Part shown: positions 34,215 to 43,281 of the stretch, piece after piece
Layout: the number at the start of each line of letters is the position of its first letter
Position numbering within the stretch: the first letter of the stretch is position 1
IMG/VR virus record: IMGVR_UViG_3300033069_000592
Location: 400-64,399 of that record
Length of the DNA: 64,000 nt
Direction: 5' to 3' (one strand)
Origin: a virus
Taxonomy: Duplodnaviria > Caudoviricetes
The notes under the pieces: generated by a model
What the model was told of the DNA's origin: nothing
Databases searched by the model: none
The model's input: only the letters and a program-made list of their open reading frames with translations
Translations under genes and position numbers: made by a program

Positions 34215-34724
34215 ATGGCTCGTATCTCTCGACAGCAAATGTTTATGGGAATTGCAAGGCTCGCTTCACAGCGGGCCACTTGCTTTCGACTGAACGTTGG
34301 GGCGCTGGTTGTTCATGAGAACAATCCCATCGCCATCGGCTACAATGGCCAAGAACCTGGAGCTCGTCACTGCGCCGGCAATGACTGCCCGGGGATTGTG
34401 CCCGGCAAGTGTGGAACGCTTCATGCCGAACACAACGCGCTGACCAAGGCGGACAAGCTCATCGATGACCTGGCGGAGGTTGACCTCTACGTTACCCACA
34501 GTCCCTGCGTCGATTGCTGTTTACTTATCATCAACCAGGACCTCTACGTCCGCAGGATTTTCTTCGAGGTTCCCTATCGATCCACACAGCACCTGAGTAT
34601 GCTTCAAGAGTACCGGGACGTTACCTCACTCGAAGGCGGCGTCCGGCATACGGAAGTTTACGAGGTGACGCCGGCGGGCTACGTCGTGGAATACTTCTCC
34701 CGAAGGGTAGTTGAATTGCCATGA
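34215..34724 (+). CDS. dCMP deaminase
   Basis: RATC.RLNVGA, GYNG, HAE, SPCVDC zinc-binding motifs. Confidence 0.92.
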   Translation: MARISRQQMFMGIARLASQRATCFRLNVGALVVHENNPIAIGYNGQEPGARHCAGNDCPGIVPGKCGTLHAEHNALTKADKLIDDLAEVDLYVTHSPCVDCCLLIINQDLYVRRIFFEVPYRSTQHLSMLQEYRDVTSLEGGVRHTEVYEVTPAGYVVEYFSRRVVELP

Positions 34725-35020
34725 GGTGTCGTCCTTACCAATGGCATGGTAAGAGCATGTCTCCCACCTACGTCAGCTGGTTGGCGATGAAGCAGAGGTG
34801 CTATAACCCACGACGGACAGGATATGAGAACTACGGTGGTCGAGGCATCACCGTATGCGATAGATGGAAGGATAGCTTTGTGGCTTTTCTGGAGGACATG
34901 GGGGAACGCCCCGAAGGTCTTACCCTTGAAAGAAAAGATAACGAGGGTAATTATGAGCCGGATAACTGTGAGTGGGCAACCAAATCCCAACAGAGCAAAA
35001 ACCAACGCCGAAAGCGTTGA
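34721..35020 (+). CDS. HNH-type homing endonuclease
   Basis: SWLAMKQRC...YGGRGITVCDRW...TLERKDNEGNYEPDNCEWAT; same family as 30334-30840. Confidence 0.85.
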   Translation: MRCRPYQWHGKSMSPTYVSWLAMKQRCYNPRRTGYENYGGRGITVCDRWKDSFVAFLEDMGERPEGLTLERKDNEGNYEPDNCEWATKSQQSKNQRRKR

Positions 35021-35045
35021 CTTTGGTCCAGTTTTCTTATATTGT
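35017..35045 (+). promoter_or_regulatory. sigma70-type promoter for the polymerase gene
   Basis: TTGACT-17nt-TATTGT. Confidence 0.65.
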
Positions 35046-35081
35046 CGAGTACTTCACGCGCAAGGTAGTTGAGCTTCCCTG

Positions 35082-37586
35082 ATGGCTAAGAAAAAGGTAA
35101 TGGTGATCGGGGAGCATCCTCGAATTAACCCCCGCGCAAAAGCAATCCTCATGGACGCCATGCTGGCAATCGGCATTGAGGAGGATGAGTTCGATTGGGT
35201 TAACGTTCTCGAGGAAGCTCCCCCGGAAGGAAAGAACGTCACCAAAACCATGATTAAGAATGCGAAGCCGGCGCTGCTTCGTAAGATCGAAAAGAAAAAC
35301 CCAAAGTATATCGTGCCTCTCGGCAACACGCCCTGCATGGCACTGATGGATCAGTCTGGTATCAAGAAGCTTCGCGGTAAGCCGGTGCTTCATGACAACC
35401 GAGTCGTTCTCCCGATCCTGCATCCCAACCAAGCTCTCCATGATGATAAGTGGATTGACATCATCGAGGGGGACATTCGACGTCTTCGGGAGTGCATCCA
35501 GTATAGAGGCATCCCGGAGGAAAAAGCGCTCGACTTTCATATCGTCGATGACTGGGACAAAGTCAAGGCGATGCTCAAGGATCTCGACGGCACTGTGGCG
35601 GTCGACCTTGAAACAACAAGGCTATACCCCTTTACCACCTTACAAGACGAGCAGATCGAGATTGGTCGAGCCTCAAAAGCCCTGCTCGATCAGCACAAAG
35701 CGACTCATGGGAGCAACAACCTTCCTCGGGTCGTTGCTATGCAGTTCGGCTGTCGCAAGCGTCAATGGGTCGTTCCCATGGAAACGGCGGGCATCTGGAC
35801 GCGCGAGGAACTTGAGAAGATCGTCAAGCTGGCGACTCGCAAGTTGAAGGAGTGCAAGACGGTATTCCACAACGGCAAGTTCGACTGCCTGTGGATGCGT
35901 GTTCGATTTGGCGTTAAGTGGCGAGTCGACTTCGATACCATGTTGGCTCACTACCTACTGGATGAGAACGATTTCCACGGGCTGAAGTACTTGGCGCAGC
36001 GTTTCCTCGGTGCTCCCGATTGGGACGTTGAAGGTAAGGAAAAAACCGAATGGTCGCCGAAGAACGCCAAGTATGCCGCGCATGACGTTTTCTATACCCG
36101 TAAGCTAAAGCCGATCCTAGCGAAGCAGCTTCGCGAAGACTGGGACGTTAAGCGCGTCTTCGACTTGGTCATGATGCCCTGCGTTAAGCTTTTCATCGAA
36201 GCCGAATACAATGGCGTTTATATTGACCTCGACAAGATGGACGATGCGGAGGTATTCCTTCGCGAGCAACTTGCCGAAGCTCAAGCGAACCTCGAGGTGT
36301 GGGGTAACAAAGCCAAGAAGGTTGATACCAAGAAGCGTTCGCCAACCTATGGCAAAATCAACTGGGGTAGCGCTGACCAGCTGGGTGACTTGCTGTTCAA
36401 TGTTCTGAAAATCAAGCCCCTTGAAAAAACGAAAGCGGGGAAAAACAGTGTTAGCGAGTCAGTCCTCCTCCGTCTCGACCATCCCATGGTCAGCGACCTT
36501 CTCAAATATCGAGCTGCTCAAAAACAACTCAGCAGCTTCATTGAAGGCTGGAAGCCTTACCTTGATACCTCTGGGCGCCTCCATCCAGTTTTCAAACTGC
36601 ATGGTACTGTTACCGGCCGACTCAGTTGCGAGCATCCTAACCTCCAACAAGTCCCTCGCGATCCTCGGATCCGCAGTCTTATCACAGCTCCTCCAGGATG
36701 GACGCTTATGGAGATGGACCTCAGCCAGATTGAGCTGCGGATTGCAGCAGAGCTGGCAAGCGAACACAACCTCCTTGGGGTCTTCCAAAGCGGAGGTGAC
36801 CCTCACTGGACTACTGCAATTCGAGAAATTGAACGCGGAGCCGGTTATGCCAAGGAGGTGAAGAAAACCGCAAGGCTTCACCATGAAAAGCTTGGCAAAG
36901 AATATGTCAAGATGAATTACAGCGAAGCTATCGAATATATCCTCAGCATCGGCGGTAAGGCCTGCGAAGAGCTGATGGATATGTGGAAGGAAGTTCGTAA
37001 AAAGGCCAAGGCTATTAACTTCGGCTACCTGTATGGTATGTGGTGGAAGAAGTTTAAGATCTACGCCCGTGACAACTACGGCGTTGACGTGACCGACGAG
37101 GAAGCACAAGCCAGCCGCGAAGCCTTCTTTGAGCTGTATTCAAAGTTCCCCGCATGGCACGAAAAGCAAAGGCGCTTTGCACAGGTCAATGGCTACGTCC
37201 GATCACTGTCCGGTCGCAAACGTCGATTGCCCGCCGCCACAGCAGGCCGAGACTCGCCCGAGAGGCGTGAAGCGCAGCGTCAAGCGATCAACTCCCCGGT
37301 GCAGTCGTTTGCCAATGAACTGAACCTCATGGCGGCGCTTCAGATGCGCAAGGAGTTCAGCTGGAATTGGTTCCGTATCTGCGGTACCGTTCATGACGCT
37401 ATCCTTATGTGGGTCCGTAATGACAAGATCGAACACGTCCATGATAGGGGCTTGCGGATTATGTCTGGACCCGAGTTGTTGACAGACTTTGAAATCGACC
37501 TTAGTGTTCCTATTGAAGCTGACGCGAAGGTAGGTCCCTGGGGACTTGGAAAGGATTTAGACAAATGGCTCGCCGCACAAAAGTAA
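35082..37586 (+). CDS. polA: Family A DNA polymerase with N-terminal UDG-like domain and 3'-5' exonuclease
   Basis: GEHP...LHP UDG-like motifs; DLETT, HNGKFD, YAAHD exonuclease; DLSQIELR, KAINFGYLYG, VHD polymerase motifs. Confidence 0.95.
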   Translation: MAKKKVMVIGEHPRINPRAKAILMDAMLAIGIEEDEFDWVNVLEEAPPEGKNVTKTMIKNAKPALLRKIEKKNPKYIVPLGNTPCMALMDQSGIKKLRGKPVLHDNRVVLPILHPNQALHDDKWIDIIEGDIRRLRECIQYRGIPEEKALDFHIVDDWDKVKAMLKDLDGTVAVDLETTRLYPFTTLQDEQIEIGRASKALLDQHKATHGSNNLPRVVAMQFGCRKRQWVVPMETAGIWTREELEKIVKLATRKLKECKTVFHNGKFDCLWMRVRFGVKWRVDFDTMLAHYLLDENDFHGLKYLAQRFLGAPDWDVEGKEKTEWSPKNAKYAAHDVFYTRKLKPILAKQLREDWDVKRVFDLVMMPCVKLFIEAEYNGVYIDLDKMDDAEVFLREQLAEAQANLEVWGNKAKKVDTKKRSPTYGKINWGSADQLGDLLFNVLKIKPLEKTKAGKNSVSESVLLRLDHPMVSDLLKYRAAQKQLSSFIEGWKPYLDTSGRLHPVFKLHGTVTGRLSCEHPNLQQVPRDPRIRSLITAPPGWTLMEMDLSQIELRIAAELASEHNLLGVFQSGGDPHWTTAIREIERGAGYAKEVKKTARLHHEKLGKEYVKMNYSEAIEYILSIGGKACEELMDMWKEVRKKAKAINFGYLYGMWWKKFKIYARDNYGVDVTDEEAQASREAFFELYSKFPAWHEKQRRFAQVNGYVRSLSGRKRRLPAATAGRDSPERREAQRQAINSPVQSFANELNLMAALQMRKEFSWNWFRICGTVHDAILMWVRNDKIEHVHDRGLRIMSGPELLTDFEIDLSVPIEADAKVGPWGLGKDLDKWLAAQK

Positions 37587-38620
37587 AAGCCGCTCCCGCG
37601 CATGACCACAGCACGGTCTTGACGAAGGATGGTCAGATCAACATCAGCCAATCGAAGATCAAGGCGTGGCGTCAGTGCCGTCGGCAATATCACTGGAAGT
37701 TTGTCGAGCTGATCCAGAAGAAGATGCGTAAGCGTCCCTTCATGTTCGGCGGTATCGTTCACCAGATCTGCGAAGCCGAGTTCGAGCGCGAAGACTGGGA
37801 AGAAGTCCTCAGCCAGATTGAGCTTGACAACAAGAAGCTGTTCCGCAAGGAACGGGAAATGTATGGCAACATCATCGAAGATATCCGGGACATCATGACG
37901 GACTACTTCGATTACTGGGATGGTCACCCTTCGGCAGTCAAGCCCCTGAAGCATGACGGCCGCCGGTCCGAGTTTGAGTTCCGCATCGAGCTGGCCGACG
38001 ATCTATGGTTTACCGGACGCATCGACTCGGTCGTCAAGTCGAAGGGTATGCGCTGGGTCATGGAGCACAAAACGTTCAGCCGTATGCCGTCCGAGGATGA
38101 GCGTTGGCGGTCGGTGCAGGCCGCAGTGTATTTCCGCGCGCTCGAGGAAATGGGCTTCCCTCCCATTGACGGCGTTCTGTGGGATTACATCAGCAGCAAG
38201 GCCCCCAATGTCCCGGGTGAGCTGACCGCTACTGGAAAGGTATCGCAGAAGAAGCTGGACACTGTTCCGAGCAGGATTACGCGCTGGATCAAGGAAAATG
38301 GCCACAGTAAGAAGGAGTTCGCCAAGCTCCTTGAGTCATCCAAGGCTAACCTCCCTAACCGGTTCATTCGACTCTTCAGTCCCGTGAAGCGCCCGGTGGT
38401 CGATATGATCTGGGAGGATTTTGTCGATACTGCTCGTGAAGTGCAGGAGTTCCACGGCCGAAAGAAAGATATGAATATCGGCCGGCACTGCACCTGGTGC
38501 GATTATCAGCCTCTGTGCAAAGCGATGATGACCGGGGCAGACGTCGACTGGTTGATCGAACGCGAGTTTGAACAAGAGGACGTCTCACACAAGAGGGATA
38601 ACAATGGCGAGGAGGACTAA
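37565..38620 (+). CDS. PD-(D/E)XK exonuclease (Cas4/RecB-like)
   Basis: CRRQY, GRIDSVV...MEHKT, QAAVY, C-terminal HCTWCDYQPLC. Confidence 0.85.
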   Translation: MARRTKVKAAPAHDHSTVLTKDGQINISQSKIKAWRQCRRQYHWKFVELIQKKMRKRPFMFGGIVHQICEAEFEREDWEEVLSQIELDNKKLFRKEREMYGNIIEDIRDIMTDYFDYWDGHPSAVKPLKHDGRRSEFEFRIELADDLWFTGRIDSVVKSKGMRWVMEHKTFSRMPSEDERWRSVQAAVYFRALEEMGFPPIDGVLWDYISSKAPNVPGELTATGKVSQKKLDTVPSRITRWIKENGHSKKEFAKLLESSKANLPNRFIRLFSPVKRPVVDMIWEDFVDTAREVQEFHGRKKDMNIGRHCTWCDYQPLCKAMMTGADVDWLIEREFEQEDVSHKRDNNGEED

Positions 38621-39035
38621 GGAGTACCGAGAGCGGAAAGCTCGCCAGTCTAAGGAGTGGAGGGAGGCCTTGACACCCGAAGAAGCGGAGGCTTTTCGTC
38701 AGCGTAAGAACGCAACCATGCGTCAGGGACGCCGGGATCGAAAAGAGCTCTATATGTGGCGAGCAGCGAAGAAGAGGGCCCTGGCTCAGGGGCTTCCCTT
38801 CAACATCGAGGTGAGTGACATCAAGATCCCAAGCCATTGTCCCGTGCTTGGCATTGAATTGAAAGTAAGCGACTCCGGTAGGCAGGGCCCTTCCTCTCCC
38901 TCATTGGATAGAATCAAGCCTCACTGGGGGTATGTCAAGGGTAACATCATCGTGGTAAGCTTTCGAGTTAACCAGATCAAGCGGGATGCTACTCTTGCGG
39001 AAATCGCTGCCATCCATCGCTTCTACTCACTGTGA
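38604..39035 (+). CDS. HNH-type endonuclease (second family)
   Basis: AKKRA...PFNI...IP.HCPVLG...SPSLDRIKPHWGYVKGNIIVVS.RVNQIK. Confidence 0.8.
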   Translation: MARRTKEYRERKARQSKEWREALTPEEAEAFRQRKNATMRQGRRDRKELYMWRAAKKRALAQGLPFNIEVSDIKIPSHCPVLGIELKVSDSGRQGPSSPSLDRIKPHWGYVKGNIIVVSFRVNQIKRDATLAEIAAIHRFYSL

Positions 39036-39053
39036 CTACCGGGAATATCGGGG

Positions 39054-39082
39054 TTGCACGGCAGTCAGCGCCGTGATATAAC
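39054..39082 (+). promoter_or_regulatory. sigma70-type promoter
   Basis: TTGCAC-17nt-TATAAC. Confidence 0.65.
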
Positions 39083-39110
39083 GCTGCTCGCTTTCACTGA
39101 AAGGACTCAC

Positions 39111-39944
39111 ATGGCAACCGAGGTTCGCAAGAAAGACCGGGAAAAAGCCGGTCGCTATCCCGGCGCTGAGCCGGTAGCAAAGAAGAAGTACCACACTTCG
39201 ACTGCACTCTACGGCCGAAGCGGTACCGGCAAAACAACGCTCTCCGCCACTTGGCCGAAGCCCATCCTGTATCTCAATATCCGGGACAATGGCACCGACT
39301 CAATCTCCGACGTTGAGGACGTGGACGTTAAGGACATTGACTCCGGCGACGAGCTGAAGGAAGTGATCCTCTGGCTCCACAAACAGTCTGAGCGGGGCAA
39401 GCTGGTTTACCGGACTGTGGTACTCGATACAATGTCCCAGCTCCAGGGGATCCTGGTCGAAGAGCTCGGCGAGAAGAAGGGGCTTGCAAAGACCAAGAAG
39501 CGCGCCGGTGACTTCGGTACGCTGACCAAGCAGGACTGGGGGCAGATCGCTGGTGACTTGAAGTCGGTCATCATGGACATTCGTAACCTGCCGGTCGAGT
39601 CGGTGTTCATCTGCCAAGAGCGTATCTTCGGCATGAGCGATGAGGAAGACGACGGCCTCGGCATGATCGAACCCGAAGTCGGCCCCAAGCTGATGCCCTC
39701 CGTCAAGAATGACCTCAACGCCTCCGTCTCCATCATCGGCAACACTTTTATCCGGCTGAAGTTGACAAAGGAAAAAGTTGACGGTAAGATCAAAAAATCT
39801 GCTGAGAAGCAGTACTGTTTGCGTGTCGGACCCAATCAGGTCTATACGACAAAGATCCGGAAGCCCAAGGGGATCGAGGCTCCGGATTTCATTGTAGATC
39901 CCACCTTCCGTAAGATCAAAGCCATCATGAAAGGTACCGAATAA
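39111..39944 (+). CDS. AAA-family ATPase (AAA_24/Sak4-like)
   Basis: LYGRSGTGKT, VVLDTMSQLQ; SD AAGGA before ATG 39111. Confidence 0.85.
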   Translation: MATEVRKKDREKAGRYPGAEPVAKKKYHTSTALYGRSGTGKTTLSATWPKPILYLNIRDNGTDSISDVEDVDVKDIDSGDELKEVILWLHKQSERGKLVYRTVVLDTMSQLQGILVEELGEKKGLAKTKKRAGDFGTLTKQDWGQIAGDLKSVIMDIRNLPVESVFICQERIFGMSDEEDDGLGMIEPEVGPKLMPSVKNDLNASVSIIGNTFIRLKLTKEKVDGKIKKSAEKQYCLRVGPNQVYTTKIRKPKGIEAPDFIVDPTFRKIKAIMKGTE

Positions 39945-40735
39945 TGGCTCGTGCAAAGAAATCGAAGAAGACTTCCTCGGTGAAGGTCAACTTCAAGAAC
40001 GTCGAGTCGCGGCGCACTCCGCCCGAAGGCGATTATATCCTGAAGGTCCTCGAAGCTGAGGCCGGCACTTCCTCGAGCAGCGGCGGCGACCAGATCGTCT
40101 TCACGCTCGAAATCGCCAAGGGCGAATACAAGGGCCAGAAGGTCTGGTTCTACTGCCCGCTCGCCGAGAACAGCCTGTGGAAGCTTCACGCCTTCCTGAC
40201 CGCGCTGGGCGTCGATGTCCCTGAAGACGAAACCGAAATCGACCTCGAAGAACTGGTCGATCTGGAAGTCGTCGGCGTCCTGACGCATGAAACCTACCAG
40301 GGCAAGAAGCGCGCCAAGATGACCGACTTCGACTCGGTCGAGAACTACAAGGGCGACGACTCCGACGACTCGGATGACGACGACGATGAAGACGAAAAGC
40401 CCGCCAAGAAGGGCAAGTCGAAGAAGTCGAAGGACGACGATGACGATGAAGACGAGGCCCCGAAGAAGGGCCGCGGCAAGAAGTCGAAGAAGCCGGCCGA
40501 CGATGAAGACGACGAGGACGATGAAGACGAAGCTCCCAAGAAGTCCAAGGGCAAGAAGGCCAAGAAGCCGGCCAAGGTCGAGCGCGATGATGTCGATGAA
40601 ATGGATGAAGACGAGCTCCAGGAGCTCATCGACGCCCATGACCTGGACGTTGACCTTGACGACTACAAGAAGATCGCCAAGAAGCGCGAAGCTGTGATCG
40701 ACGCCCTCGAGGAAGAAGATCTGCTCGAAGACTGA
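39944..40735 (+). CDS. DUF669-like single-stranded DNA-binding protein with acidic/Lys-rich tail
   Basis: PEGDY.LKV...IVFTLEI..GEYKGQK...LWKL..FL.ALG; long D/E/K low-complexity region. Confidence 0.75.
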   Translation: MARAKKSKKTSSVKVNFKNVESRRTPPEGDYILKVLEAEAGTSSSSGGDQIVFTLEIAKGEYKGQKVWFYCPLAENSLWKLHAFLTALGVDVPEDETEIDLEELVDLEVVGVLTHETYQGKKRAKMTDFDSVENYKGDDSDDSDDDDDEDEKPAKKGKSKKSKDDDDDEDEAPKKGRGKKSKKPADDEDDEDDEDEAPKKSKGKKAKKPAKVERDDVDEMDEDELQELIDAHDLDVDLDDYKKIAKKREAVIDALEEEDLLED

Positions 40736-40759
40736 TCGGCTCCTTCGGGTCGGAAGGGG

Positions 40760-40794
40760 AGGGCGGCATCCTAACGGGTGTCGCCCTTTTTCTT
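40760..40794 (+). terminator. Rho-independent terminator
   Basis: GGGCGGCATCC-TAAC-GGGTGTCGCCC-TTTTTCTT. Confidence 0.75.
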
Positions 40795-40808
40795 AGGAGT
40801 AAAAAACC

Positions 40809-41219
40809 ATGAAGAAGCATCGAACTAGGGACAAGGACCCACAGGGCTATCAACGGAGCCTTCGTAGGGCCAATCCTTCTCGGTACCTATGGAGAAGTGC
40901 TAAGGGCCGAGCATCCCGTCAGGGTATAGAGTTCGACCTCCTCCCCGAGGACGTGGTGATACCCCTTCACTGTCCAGTCTTTGGTATACCTCTACTGATT
41001 AGCGAGGGACGGCATACTGATAACTCACCAAGTGTTGATCGGGTGGATAGTTCAAGGGGCTATGTTAGGGGGAATGTTGAGGTCATCAGCTGGAAAGCTA
41101 ACCGGCTGAAGAGCAATGCCACCCCTCAGGAGCTTAGGAGGCTAGCTGACTACTATGGCAAAGAAAACCGAAAGTCGTCTTCAGCAAAAGATAAGAAAAG
41201 ACCTACAGAGAAGGTTTGA
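40809..41219 (+). CDS. HNH-type endonuclease (same family as 38604)
   Basis: AKGRA...IEFDL...IP.HCPVFG...SPSVDRVDSSRGYVRGNVEVIS.KANRLK. Confidence 0.8.
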   Translation: MKKHRTRDKDPQGYQRSLRRANPSRYLWRSAKGRASRQGIEFDLLPEDVVIPLHCPVFGIPLLISEGRHTDNSPSVDRVDSSRGYVRGNVEVISWKANRLKSNATPQELRRLADYYGKENRKSSSAKDKKRPTEKV

Positions 41220-41523
41220 GTGCAAGTTCTTTAAGGTTCATGGCAGCAGTTTTCAAGAGGCGGGTCAACCCGACCTGATAGGGTGTGTCGATGGGTTCTT
41301 CTTCGGTTTTGAAGTCAAGGTTCCGGGAAAAGGAAAGCCCTCTATACTCCAGATTGAAACACTACGGGAGTGGAGAGCCGTCGGCGGAATCGCTTGTATT
41401 GTGGAAAGCAGCGAAGAAGCGATCCGGGTGGTTGAAGCAATTACGGCCACACCAGGTAAGAGGAGCAAAGGCCGCGCTCTCATCCGACGGCTTCGCGGCC
41501 TTGTTTGCTCAGAGGACTGGTAA
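41155..41523 (+). CDS. VRR-NUC / Holliday junction resolvase-like nuclease
   Basis: ESRLQQKI, GQPDLIGC, FEVK, LQ..TL...GG. Confidence 0.85.
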   Translation: MAKKTESRLQQKIRKDLQRRFECKFFKVHGSSFQEAGQPDLIGCVDGFFFGFEVKVPGKGKPSILQIETLREWRAVGGIACIVESSEEAIRVVEAITATPGKRSKGRALIRRLRGLVCSEDW

Positions 41524-42862
41524 GACATGGGTTACGGGCGCGGTGCTCGAGGCCGAACGGTGTCTAAGTCTCGACGTACTCCTCGTTGGGCCGTTGACCA
41601 ACTTGGAGTCAACATGGCTAAAGTTTTTCTCAGAGAAGCTGGTACACTATACGGTGTTCCGTGACTTCAACGACTACGTAGCCCACAGGAAGAAGGTCGG
41701 TGCGCAGTCGATCCCGAATGACCACTGTGTCCTTCTGCTCAACTATGAGGCGGTCACTCCCATCCTTAAGAAGCTGAGGAAGGTGAAGTGGGACCGCGTG
41801 ATTTATGATGAGGCTCAGCGGCTAAAAAACCGCAGCAGCCGGTCGTCGCGTGATGCAGGACTGCTCGCTAAGAGCGCTAAGCGTCGCCTAGCGCTGACAG
41901 GAACCCCGATGGACCTGGATCCCAAGGATCTGTGGGCAATCATGCGCTTCGTGGATCCGGGAGCGTTCGGTGACAAGTGGAAGGACTTCGAGGAGGAGTT
42001 CCTCGTCAAGCCGACGATTGACCTCAAGAAAGCTCGCGGTGCAGTCGAACGTAAGAAGATGATGCTCGCTCACCAGATCGCCAAGAAGAAGGCACCCCTC
42101 CGAGACGACATGATCGCCGAGTTTGTGGATCGCATTGCTCCTCATGCTATGCGTATCTCGAAGGAGGATGCCGGGATCGAGCCGGCGGTTGTTCACAAGA
42201 TCAAGTTCGACCTGGACCCCCATGAGGACAAGCTATACCGGAAGCTAGAGAAAACGATGGTCTTGAAGACTGGCGGCGTTACGATCAAGGCACCACTCAA
42301 GATCACACAGATCGGCAAGCTGCAGCAGATCACGGGAGGCTTCATCAAGGATGAGCTCGGCGAGCTTCACGAGGTTGGGACCACGAAGCGTCGAGTGCTG
42401 AAGCGATTGATCCGCGAGCAAGTCGATGGCGAACCCTTCGTGGTGTTCTGTAAGTACGTCTGGGAAGTTCACATGATCGCCGCGATGCTTAAGCGAATGG
42501 GCATGGGACGGGGTGCCAAGTTGTGGGGTAAGGTCAAGGACCTCAAGAAGGACAAGCGGCGCACAAAGATGCTGCTCAACTTCCAGCGTGGCAAATACGA
42601 CTGGATGGTATGCCAACAGAAAACTGGCGGTGTGGGCGTCGACTTGTATCGTGCCCGCAAGTTTTTTGTATATTCGATGGGCCACTCCTTCATCGACTAT
42701 GACCAGATGCTGAGCCGAGGCGACTTCCTGGAACAAAACGAGCAGGCGGAATTTTTCTTGTTAGTGGTACGATCATCTATTGACACTGACATCATAGCTT
42801 GTCATAAGAAGAAAAGATCGATCAGCGAACAGTTCTATGATCGGTTGCAACGCAAGTCATAG
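41432..42862 (+). CDS. SNF2-like helicase (probable TTG start at 41432)
   Basis: LRPHQ, QRTGKT, DEAQ, LTGTP, GGVGVDL...QMLSRG. Confidence 0.88.
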   Translation: MKQLRPHQVRGAKAALSSDGFAALFAQRTGKTWVTGAVLEAERCLSLDVLLVGPLTNLESTWLKFFSEKLVHYTVFRDFNDYVAHRKKVGAQSIPNDHCVLLLNYEAVTPILKKLRKVKWDRVIYDEAQRLKNRSSRSSRDAGLLAKSAKRRLALTGTPMDLDPKDLWAIMRFVDPGAFGDKWKDFEEEFLVKPTIDLKKARGAVERKKMMLAHQIAKKKAPLRDDMIAEFVDRIAPHAMRISKEDAGIEPAVVHKIKFDLDPHEDKLYRKLEKTMVLKTGGVTIKAPLKITQIGKLQQITGGFIKDELGELHEVGTTKRRVLKRLIREQVDGEPFVVFCKYVWEVHMIAAMLKRMGMGRGAKLWGKVKDLKKDKRRTKMLLNFQRGKYDWMVCQQKTGGVGVDLYRARKFFVYSMGHSFIDYDQMLSRGDFLEQNEQAEFFLLVVRSSIDTDIIACHKKKRSISEQFYDRLQRKS

Positions 42863-42875
42863 AAGGGACAGTACG

Positions 42876-43253
42876 ATGGCAAAGAAGGAAAAGGAAGCCC
42901 CGAAGGCTTCGAAGAAGGACAAGGCCGAAACCAAGGCCGCGGCACCGGAATTCAAGTACGGCGTTGCTGACCTGGCCGACAAGCTCAACATCAAGGAAGC
43001 TTCGGTCCGCGTTCAGCTGCGCAACAAGGGCATCGAGAAGGCCGGCAAGAGCTACGGCTGGAACACCAAGGCCGAGCTCGAAGAAGTCATCGATGAGCTG
43101 AAGGCTGAAAAGCCCGCCAAGGCTTCGAAGAAGTCGAAGGGCGATGACGCCGACAAGAAGTCGCCGAAGAAGGCTGCCAAGGCCGAGAAGGCTGCGAAGC
43201 CGGCCAAGAAGGCCAAGAAGCCGCGCGACGAAGACGACGAAGACGACGACTAA
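42876..43253 (+). CDS. Lys-rich putative DNA-binding protein (family member 4)
   Basis: GVADLADKLNIKEASVRVQLRNKGIEKAGKSYGW flanked by histone-H1-like K/A repeats. Confidence 0.75.
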   Translation: MAKKEKEAPKASKKDKAETKAAAPEFKYGVADLADKLNIKEASVRVQLRNKGIEKAGKSYGWNTKAELEEVIDELKAEKPAKASKKSKGDDADKKSPKKAAKAEKAAKPAKKAKKPRDEDDEDDD

Positions 43254-43281
43254 TCGTCTCGCCATCAATCGGCACCCTCGA

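Larger units (their letters stand above)
34683..35082 (+). repeat. Recoded 42-bp direct repeat of the deaminase 3' end flanking the HNH gene
   Basis: 34683-34724 encodes VVEYFSRRVVELP*; 35041-35082 encodes IVEYFTRKVVELP*. Confidence 0.85.

Noticed and set aside
40320-40620. Repetitive GACGACGATGAA/AAGAAG tracts
   Set aside because: Codon repeats of the acidic/Lys-rich linker of the SSB-like protein, not an independent DNA repeat.
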